The notes under the pieces: model-generated | Told to the model about the DNA's origin: nothing | Seen by the model: only the letters and a program-made list of their open reading frames with translations | Database searches by the model: none | Part shown: positions 25,201 through 30,463 of the stretch, piece by piece | Numbering within the stretch: position 1 is the stretch's first letter | Layout: every line of letters begins with the position of its first letter | Assembly: GCA_039683575.1 (NCBI GenBank) | Contig: JBDKRC010000238.1 | Location: 1 to 30,463, forward strand | Direction of reading: 5' to 3' | Origin: Armatimonadia bacterium | Lineage (GTDB): Bacteria; Armatimonadota; Zipacnadia; Zipacnadales; UBA11051 | DNA length: 30,463 nt | Position numbers and translations under genes: made by a program

Positions 25201-25661
25201 GTGCCGCTCACCGTGACGGCGCGGATAGTGAAGGGGGCTCCATTCCCGTAGTACCCCGTCAGGTTGCCGATGACATCATCAGTGGTGCCGTGAGGCTGGC
25301 CGGTGATGTCGTAGCCGGCGAAGGGCCCGATTGTCCAGACAGTGGTGCTGGGCCCCCCGGTCGAGGCGCCTGGATAGGCCGTCACGCCGTCCTGCACAGT
25401 AAGTGGCGTTCCGGCCTGCACAAGCCAGCTCTGGCCGGTGACGCCGTTGAGAATTCGCAGGCTTGCCAGTGATTCGTTCTGCCCCAGAACCACTTGAACA
25501 CGGAAGTACCGTTCGGAGTTGGCCGAGGCCTCCTGCGGGTACACCCCTGCGCCCCCGTACCCAAGCGTCACTGTGGCGCTGTGCCCTGTCGACACGACGG
25601 AAAGTAGAAGAACCAGTGAAGCAGCGGGAATTAGCCAGCTTTGCCGAGTTGGATGGATCAC
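19233..25661 (-). CDS. large secreted multidomain protein (~2142 aa): five copies of an unassigned beta-rich repeat, Fn3 x2, SbsA-like Ig, carboxypeptidase-regulatory-like x3, C-terminal FlgD-Ig domain
   Basis: ORF 19233..25760; start moved to GTG 25661 because AGGAGG (25672-25677) precedes it and it yields a signal peptide (MIHPTRQSWLIPAASLVLLLSVVSTGHSA|T). The C-terminal ~660 aa are clearly paralogous to the 4636-aa protein. Confidence 0.9.
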   Translation of the reverse strand: MIHPTRQSWLIPAASLVLLLSVVSTGHSATVTLGYGGAGVYPQEASANSERYFRVQVVLGQNESLASLRILNGVTGQSWLVQAGTPLTVQDGVTAYPGASTGGPSTTVWTIGPFAGYDITGQPHGTTDDVIGNLTGYYGNGAPFTIRAVTVSGTTATTTDLTSTQYTQSDNADILEWYSGDAFGVDPLAVDGPVPGADVGSSSNVFTFRVQYKIPSWFQRNLMPRWGTPSAPPGPRGNFADFDLGRTNAFRHDDREYDWWIYSPGRHQFPQESSDNTPCYDDFTDQVGTVVQHDDAGPEVVLIIDGDRTRPHFMQREDRNDTNARDSNGIRYFYKLLPMDFANFMDNLFLSPYDPPEDDPQDVISSTVYGKPVSNNYVAMQVGKHTYEFMATDDFSPPGNHQAVGVPTTGSNCAWVQAGQPGNGEYNDYVQPTLSGKGQIVSARHSRRFADNDGAAGGYGYPFDSQSGQYPIINPMLTAHPYFPRGTVTPGAFGAELNVDPPGAALDPFSKEVGAGPNPPVRVTNDDTILPNFANIWSNTATTPHRPFQGGKWMASSNYTFRINYWQSANVPPEYIRVQVRKVVNGTPGAWRGYTLEKANPGDISYTDGCIYQHVIAPDQMPDGGGAGDYQYYFVAKDGTREAIFPNRPARDGYRFTIDDPGDLGIASAPDGLNDYYAFRVNQPPTLTNQSVTPSIATAGTSYQFGVTYTDLDGEMLNALPQGDRPFETSIYVDQFGSPKGQATVQMVQNDTTMTYRTTSGTGYATNDLAGYDVEITTTNAGARTYRIASNTTNTIVLATGTRLLTDGVAAGTQFRISHWFPGTMEPADLTDTNYADGKRYVFDTATHMVLGPGVHRYYFVFRDDWGSWVTTDTNVRVEGEQVRYPFTGEFEGPEVIENTPPILVDYRFTPDSTGTAPDGTTATPFVFSVTYKDEENNAPSLIRLGVDGTADAPELILNMTQDDPSDTVYTDGAIFKTQPVKLTQGQHIFRAQASDGTGRYPNVPAGQTFTFAPMPTTTINDYEPGPLVTSNKAPTLSFETIDAVETASPGLSPDSGRSTTEFVYRIIYTDLDRFAGVAGNPPDYVKVAIDGTEWTMEQVDKTDRDYTDGAIFQYTTKDAPLAVGFPHRYWFVASDGLDRARRPETGHTPSYYKGPIVDEPPSAPLSLTAMDHPNDNGGVIDLQFNASQDDGGGADDVIGYRIYRSLDPASFPTPALLTIPANGSPTYTVQDTTATTNVEYYYIVRAYDISGESADSNREGPVMALDTISPEPPSNLTVTDPGAGGTLNLSWNLSPDDGGGQNDVKEYRIYRRVAGGEYALVATVAKGTTTYSDKSVVDGTQYWYIMRAYDGANESTATPEVGPRQSTDRADPVISDVDPANRAVAPRDTHISFVVSDTGTGVDRDTIGLNINGTDIANNALTITGNTASFNVRYQPATFDYRQNVVVIATAADLGGRTATKTWRFSITGPDTYTISGHIADSSGTAKQGVVVSAGALTGTTDQFGNYAIHGLVEETYTVAPVLRGIAFTPREREIPVSADVSDVDFVWEPGFSITGSITDASADPMPGVTVTAGSLTAITDSLGRYAFRDIPADTYTVRPSLPQYMFAPASRSVTVGPSASSVTFRGQLETWTVSGTITDTSGHRMSGVRVEASGGGPTAVATTNSDGFYTVQGLVPGQWTITPSKDGYEFNPDSQVVDVQAGVTGTDFVGVPIYDVAVGSGLTFIALPVEPEDNKPLSVFGSLATYRWDPTGTNTENGRAGYVAAQNRPNSAFMQVRPGRGFWVRGSVATTLAVPGTPVPNTQTTYLQLNDGWNMVGNPYTANLPWANVGVTAGGPVRDFGYIYDRSTGSYRLVTELPGLGAVTEVPKNAGFWMRSTGARSVSVTPVSSTASSRQTVWTRSAGEFVIPIVARAGDRADLSARAGVVSYAADHSDDYLVDNPPAMGDYVDVYFPASDGRLLSCDIRGQSANSLSYKFVVNTNLTNTVVKVSLPDLSQVPRDKSIVLVDVASGKRLWARTMSAYSYNSGEGGAREFRLEIGTSANAGLAVTLAPAEARTGAVALTYTLSKPANVQISIMNLAGRVIRVLTPGAVATAGVNSAMWDLRSQSGSKVPAGRYLVTVKASGDDGQQVSAVAPLQVR

Positions 25662-25933
25662 GGATCCCCATCCTCCTGTCTTGAGGTACGATTGTGTCTG
25701 CGAAATCCACATTGGCACAGGGCCTACAGCCAATGAACTACGTCCTGTGCCGCCCTCCATGCCTTTGGACCATCAACGCGCGGCACGATCAGCCCAACAT
25801 GCTACTGCCCCAACGTCTGGGCCCCACTGGCGGCAAAACGCCTGGTGGCGGACGCTATTAGGTGCCGTCCGCAGCCAGGATACCCAGGTTTACAAGCAAA
25901 ATTCCTTAGATACAACCTGCTATAACCCTGAGT

Positions 25934-25963
25934 ATTGTAGTACGAAGGACTGTCTCAAGTCAA
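25934..25963 (-). promoter_or_regulatory. sigma70-type promoter candidate for the giant-protein operon
   Basis: Minus strand TTGACT (25963-25958), 18-bp spacer, TACAAT (25939-25934) in an AT-rich patch. The -35 overlaps the ogt stop codon. Confidence 0.55.
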
Positions 25964-26505
25964 CGAGCATCTACCACCACATCTTCAGTGGCATCTACCG
26001 CATCTTGTACAGTTTCGCACCCGTTTTGGCCTCCGCCACACTCCATTTCCAGAAGCTTCCGCTTCAGGTCCAGCCCATAGCCGTACCCTGTCAGCCGCCC
26101 ACCGCTGCCAATAACCCTATGGCAGGGCACCACGATCGCCACCTGGTTCGTGGCCATCACCTGCCCCACCGCCCGAGCTGCCCGGGGGTATCCCGCTCGC
26201 AGAGCCAGTTCCCCGTAGGTCAAAGTCTCCCCGTACGGCACTCTCCGGCAAGCCTCCAGCACCCGCCGCTGGAACTCGGTACGGCCACTTAAGTCCACAG
26301 GAATCTCAAAGTCACGTAGGTGGCCGCCAAAGTACGCCAATAGCTGCCGCCGCGCCTCGTGAGTATGCTCGTGAGCCGCGGCTGCTTCAAAACTATCGCG
26401 TCCCGTCGCCACCTCACCCAGTCGCAGGCTCACCAGACCCAGCTCGCTGGCGGTGATTACACAGGGGCCAATGGGCAAGTGAACCGTCAAAATGGCTCGG
26501 TTCAA
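25960..26505 (-). CDS. ogt: methylated-DNA--protein-cysteine S-methyltransferase
   Basis: TEFQRRV, VPYGETLTYGELA, ARAVG, active-site VPCHRV, GYGYGLDLKRKLL. The TTG start is somewhat uncertain. Confidence 0.95.
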   Translation of the reverse strand: MNRAILTVHLPIGPCVITASELGLVSLRLGEVATGRDSFEAAAAHEHTHEARRQLLAYFGGHLRDFEIPVDLSGRTEFQRRVLEACRRVPYGETLTYGELALRAGYPRAARAVGQVMATNQVAIVVPCHRVIGSGGRLTGYGYGLDLKRKLLEMECGGGQNGCETVQDAVDATEDVVVDAR

Positions 26506-26632
26506 GTCACAACTGCCTTCCGGGAACAGACTACGTAAGGGAATTACCTATCGAGACTCCTCTATCAACACTGCCTTCCAGCAAAGGTTCTGTCGTTTTT
26601 GCGTCTCTATGGCACATTCTTGCAGACTCGGC

Positions 26633-27691
26633 TCAGGAAAAATCGCGTATCGCCCGGTTGATGGTCAGGAAATTCTCCTGCCAGCGGTCCTCGGGTACGT
26701 CCTCGGTGATCCCAATCAGTAGCTTTCCGCTGCCGCCATCCTGCCGGAGCAGGTCTACCGTCGTCTCGCGGATGACTTCCTGGCTCGACAGGTGCACCGA
26801 CGACGGATAGTTGATCCAGATGATCTTGTCGGGCCACAGTGCCCGCGCCTCACCCAGCGTCAGGTCCGTGTCCGGGGCCGGGGTGAAAGCTTCTACAACA
26901 TCTATACCCGAACCGGCGATATCAACTCCAAAAAGTTTGCAGTTCGCATCCAGATGCACCAGAAGCTGCTTGCCGTGCTTGTGCAGTTCATCCGCCAGCT
27001 CGTTGTAGTGGGGCAGCACGCACTTTTGGAACCGTTCGAGCCCCACTATCTCGGGGCTGACGTTGCCGCCATACTGCACGACCTGGTGGGGGCTCTCCGC
27101 CACAACCTTGTAGCAGCGCCGGTTGCGCTCGTGAAGCGCCTCGTATAGCCGCATCAGCTCGTCCCGGCGCTCCATCCACTCGATTGTGAACGTCTCCACG
27201 CCCATGTAGGTGTAGATTAGCCCCTGCAACGGCGAGTATCCCGGCATCCCGCCACGCAGATATACATCCTCACCGAGCCACTCCCGCGCCTTGATTACTT
27301 CGTCATACGCAGGGACAAACTGCGTGTCATTGGCCTGAAAGATCAGCTTGTCGTAGTCCTCAGGCCCCTTGAACGGCAGTTCGTGCCGCCAGGACGTAAA
27401 GCCTGCCGGCTCCATGACCGTAGTCAGGTCGCCAGCCGGCGTCCGGGTGACCGTCTTGGTCAGCGTCTTCCCGGTCTTCTCGTCCACATAGGTGTAGCTA
27501 TCCGTCTTGCAGTTGGGCGTAACCGTGCTATAGCCGACATAGCGCCGGTTCATGATGCAGAGGCCGTCATTGCGCAACTGCCGCTCCACAGCGCACTGCG
27601 GCAGCTTATACTCATATACGGTGAAGGGCACGTGATCCGTCTCACGCCCCGCCAGAACCGCCTCCACCCGCCCCCGCGGCGTCATGCTCAT
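26633..27691 (-). CDS. uroporphyrinogen decarboxylase/MtaA-CmuA (URO-D/CIMS) superfamily protein of unknown function (352 aa)
   Basis: Start moved to ATG 27691 (GGAGAGG RBS). MTPRGRVEAVLAGRETDHVPF N-terminus, TPAGDL, PFKGPEDY, VHLDAN, EAFTPAPDTDL, IIWIN. Confidence 0.8.
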   Translation of the reverse strand: MSMTPRGRVEAVLAGRETDHVPFTVYEYKLPQCAVERQLRNDGLCIMNRRYVGYSTVTPNCKTDSYTYVDEKTGKTLTKTVTRTPAGDLTTVMEPAGFTSWRHELPFKGPEDYDKLIFQANDTQFVPAYDEVIKAREWLGEDVYLRGGMPGYSPLQGLIYTYMGVETFTIEWMERRDELMRLYEALHERNRRCYKVVAESPHQVVQYGGNVSPEIVGLERFQKCVLPHYNELADELHKHGKQLLVHLDANCKLFGVDIAGSGIDVVEAFTPAPDTDLTLGEARALWPDKIIWINYPSSVHLSSQEVIRETTVDLLRQDGGSGKLLIGITEDVPEDRWQENFLTINRAIRDFS

Positions 27692-27765
27692 CCAGGGCCT
27701 CTCCCGTATCGTTTTGATCTTGCCAGCCTCCCCTCCACTGCCCCTATCCTGCTCCCAAAATGGGT

Positions 27766-27854
27766 TGTCATTCTGAGCCCGCACGTACTCGTGCGGCAAG
27801 CGAAGAATCCCCACGTGTCGGCGGCCGAGATTCTTCGCTTCGCTCAGAATGACA
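27766..27854. repeat. TGTC/CGTC-type palindromic extragenic repeat (MITE/REP-like, inverted pair)
   Basis: 13-bp terminal inverted repeats TGTCATTCTGAGC/GCTCAGAATGACA. Inner inverted repeat AAGCGAAGAATC/GATTCTTCGCTT. Extra partial copy GCGAAGAATCTC at 27862-27873. Confidence 0.75.
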
Positions 27855-27966
27855 GAGGCGTGCGAAGAATCTCGATTCGTTCAGGGTGACGGAGAATCCG
27901 GCATGACGACCGTCCATCCCGCTCCTGTATGCCTTCTCCCCCACCGGCGACCGGACAACGCTTTAC

Positions 27967-29358
27967 TTACCCGCGCGGCGCAGAGTGTATTGCGTGCCCC
28001 AGCGCGTCCATCGCAGCCTCCCCGACCGCTTCCGACATTGTCGGATGTGAATGGATCGTCTCGGCCACGTCTGCTACCGTCAGTCGCATCTGCGCGGCCA
28101 GCGTGATCTCGGCCACTAGCTCTGTCGCTGACGGTCCCACGACCGTCCCGCCGATGATCCGGCCGGTCTCGGCCTCGGCCACGATCTTCACGAAGCCCTC
28201 GCGCTGTCGGGTTGCCGCCGCCTTGCCCAGCGCCTGGAAGGGGAACTTGCCGACGACGATGTCCACGTTGCCGGCCCGGCATTCGTGCTCCCGCTGCCCG
28301 ACGGAGCCGATCTCCGGGTGGGTGAACACCACGCCCGGCACGTAAGCTTCGCGGATGTGCTCGCCCGCCCCGTACAGCATCTCCACGACCGAAATCGCCT
28401 CATGTGACGCCCAGTGGGCCAGCCCGATGCCGCGAGTGACGTCTCCGACCGCGTAGACCGTCTCGAGAGACGTTCGCCGGTCCGGGTCGGCCACCACGCA
28501 ACCCCGCTCGAGCTTCACTCCAGCTTCCTCCAGGCCCATGTTCGCGGTGTTCGCCCGCCGCCCGGCCGCCATGAACACCAGATCGGCCTCAACGGTCTTC
28601 TCCGCGCCGTCCTGCTCGTAGACCAGCACGTTCTTGCCGTCGCGCTGCTCAATCGCCTGAGCCTTGGCGCCCGTGGCGATGCGTACCCCGCCCTTCTTGA
28701 GAGCGCTGGCGACCACGTCACTGGCCTCGGGGTCCTCGGTTGGCATGATGCTGGGCATCATCTCCACCACCGTGACCTTGGTGCCGAAGCGGGAGTAGAC
28801 ATAGGCGAACTCGCAACCGATGGCCCCGCCGCCGATGATTGCTATGTTCGCGGGCGGGTCGGGGAAGTTTACGGCGTCGTCGCTCGTGAAGATTCCCGGC
28901 CCGTCGTGCCCCGGAATGGGCAGCACGAAGGGCACTGAGCCCGTGGCCCACAGGATGTTCTTGCCGGCCAGCCGGGTTCCGTCACCCAGTTCGACCTCGG
29001 TGCCCGAGAGCAGCTTCGCCCGGTCGCACATAACCTGGACTTTGCCTGCCTTCAGAAGGCCCTGAACGCCCGTCACAAGCTGCTTGACCGTCCGGTCCTT
29101 GTGCTTGCGGACGGCGTCGTAGTCCACGCTGATGCCCTCGACGTTGATCCCGAAGGTCTTGCCGCCCTTGACCTCGTCGAGCACCTCGGCGCACTTGATG
29201 AGCGCTTTGGAGGGGATGCAGCCACGGTTCAGACACGTTCCGCCGACCTCCCGCTCCTCTACCAGCGCCACTTTGGCTCCAAGCTGCGCGGCGCGGATGG
29301 CCCCGACGTAACCGCCAGGACCGCCACCGACAACTATCAGATCGAACTGATCACTCAT
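27967..29358 (-). CDS. lpdA: dihydrolipoyl dehydrogenase (E3, 463 aa)
   Basis: MSDQFDLIVVGGGPGGYVGAIRAAQLG, redox CLNRGC, NAD-binding GGGAIGCE, C-terminal HSHPTMSE. Start reassigned to ATG 29358. Confidence 0.95.
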   Translation of the reverse strand: MSDQFDLIVVGGGPGGYVGAIRAAQLGAKVALVEEREVGGTCLNRGCIPSKALIKCAEVLDEVKGGKTFGINVEGISVDYDAVRKHKDRTVKQLVTGVQGLLKAGKVQVMCDRAKLLSGTEVELGDGTRLAGKNILWATGSVPFVLPIPGHDGPGIFTSDDAVNFPDPPANIAIIGGGAIGCEFAYVYSRFGTKVTVVEMMPSIMPTEDPEASDVVASALKKGGVRIATGAKAQAIEQRDGKNVLVYEQDGAEKTVEADLVFMAAGRRANTANMGLEEAGVKLERGCVVADPDRRTSLETVYAVGDVTRGIGLAHWASHEAISVVEMLYGAGEHIREAYVPGVVFTHPEIGSVGQREHECRAGNVDIVVGKFPFQALGKAAATRQREGFVKIVAEAETGRIIGGTVVGPSATELVAEITLAAQMRLTVADVAETIHSHPTMSEAVGEAAMDALGHAIHSAPRG

Positions 29359-29411
29359 ATCTCCGGCTTCCTTTCGACTGTAACCTTGCGAGGGGCGCCG
29401 TCGTCGTTGCC

Positions 29412-29488
29412 GACGTAGGGGCGCACCGTGGTGCGCCCGCGCCAGGCACGCCCAACTAATCGGGCGGACCACGGTCCGCCCCTACGTC
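29412..29488. repeat. GTAG-type REP doublet (REPIN-like)
   Basis: GTAGGGGCGCACCGTGGTGCGCCC (+, 29415-29438) and GTAGGGGCGGACCGTGGTCCGCCC (-, 29485-29462) in inverted orientation, each a GTAG followed by a palindrome. Confidence 0.8.
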
Positions 29489-30462
29489 TATTCCCCCATC
29501 AAGACCACCTTCATGGCGGCCTTCTGCCGCAGCAACTCGAGCCCCTCATTGGCTTCCTCAAGCGCCAGGGCGTGCGTCACGAGTGCATCCAGGGGATAAC
29601 GGCGGCTGTTGGCCAGCGTCAGCGCCTGGTGCAGGTGCCGCAGGTTGCTGGTCCATACCCCCTGCAGCGTCACTTGCTTGCGTGACAGCAGGTAGGGGTC
29701 AATCCGCGGGTCACGCACCGGGACAGCCACGCCAGGTATAGTCACTGTCCCGCCCGGCGCCACCAGATTCAGGGCCTCCTCGACGCCTGCCGAGGTGCCG
29801 GCGCAATCTACCACCACCGCCGCGCCCTGGCCCTGGCTGAGACCCGCCACAAGCTCCACACGGTCCTCAGGCGAGGTCTCCGCCATGCTCACGGGTATAC
29901 ATCCAAAACTCTCGGACAGTTGCAGCCGCGCCGGACTGCTCCCGGTACCGAGCATCACAACCTGGTCGGCCCCCTGCGAAAACGCGAAAGCCGCCGCGAA
30001 CAGGCCCAGAGGCCCCGGGCCGATCACCACCACTACGTCGGCGGGCCTGATATTCGACAATTCTATGGCATGAGCCGCCGTCGCACCCGAGCAGGTGGCC
30101 GCTACGAGCCCGATGGGCTCAGCCTCGGGTGGCAGCTTGATTACCGCCGTCTCCGGCCGCAGGTAGATCATCTCGGCGTAGCAGCCGTTCAGATGCGGCC
30201 AATCGGCGCTGCTGAGCGATATACCATACGTCCGCCGCCGCTCACACAGCTCAGGACGCCCGTGCAGCACGCACTGCGCGCACTTACCGCACGTCAGCCC
30301 CCTGTCGAACGCAATCATATCACCCTGCTGAACAGGCCGCCCAAACAGGTCCCGCTTCTCTCCGCCAACGGCCACAATCTCCCCTATGACATCATGGCCC
30401 AGGATCATCGGCAGGGCCACCCGCGGGACCTAGACGGAGGTGATATCCAAGTCCGAGCCGCA
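29488..30462 (-). CDS. Zn-dependent medium-chain alcohol dehydrogenase (MDR family); 5' end off-window, with an in-frame TAG at 30430-30432
   Basis: LPMILGHD, structural-Zn CGKCAQC...C, ATCSGATA, Rossmann GPGPLG. In-frame CGSD lies upstream of the TAG, so the real gene extends beyond the ORF-track start at 30420. Confidence 0.85.
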
Positions 30463-30463
30463 G

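Noticed and set aside
3302-25963. Giant-protein locus as a mobile genomic island
   Set aside because: No integrase, transposase, tRNA or flanking direct repeats, and no obvious compositional break by eye.
26633-27814. hemE assignment and the ORF-track start at 27814
   Set aside because: The HemE RQAGR motif is absent. The extension runs through the palindromic repeat, and the RBS supports 27691.
30430-30432. Genome-wide TAG reassignment
   Set aside because: TAG is the evident stop for six genes in this window (892, 3302, 4527, 5019, 19233, 29488).

Overview
High-GC bacterial chromosomal window with no rRNA, tRNA, CRISPR array or transposase. An Armatimonadota-like origin is only inferred from protein style. 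The centre (3302-25963, all minus strand) is a ~22.6 kb putative operon for a large exported assembly. It runs: sigma70-like promoter and ~270-nt structured leader; a ~2142-aa Sec-exported multidomain protein; a 4636-aa Sec-exported protein; a small Gly-linker lipoprotein; a secreted PQQ-like beta-propeller. The 4636-aa protein has an M6 (immune inhibitor A-like) metalloprotease head whose third zinc-ligand position is Asn rather than Asp. It also has a stalk of 16 Fn3-like domains arranged as a 4x4 super-repeat. The two giant proteins share a paralogous ~660-aa C-terminal cassette ending in a FlgD-Ig (T9SS-CTD-like) domain, a candidate sorting or anchoring module. The flanks are mostly metabolic or housekeeping: a divergent TPP-dependent E1 alpha/beta pair, a hypothetical gene, rubrerythrin, ogt, a UroD-superfamily protein, lpdA, and a Zn-dependent dehydrogenase with an in-frame TAG at the right edge. 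Two different palindromic extragenic repeats (TGTC-type and GTAG-type) flank lpdA. All family assignments come from motifs recognised by eye, not from database searches.
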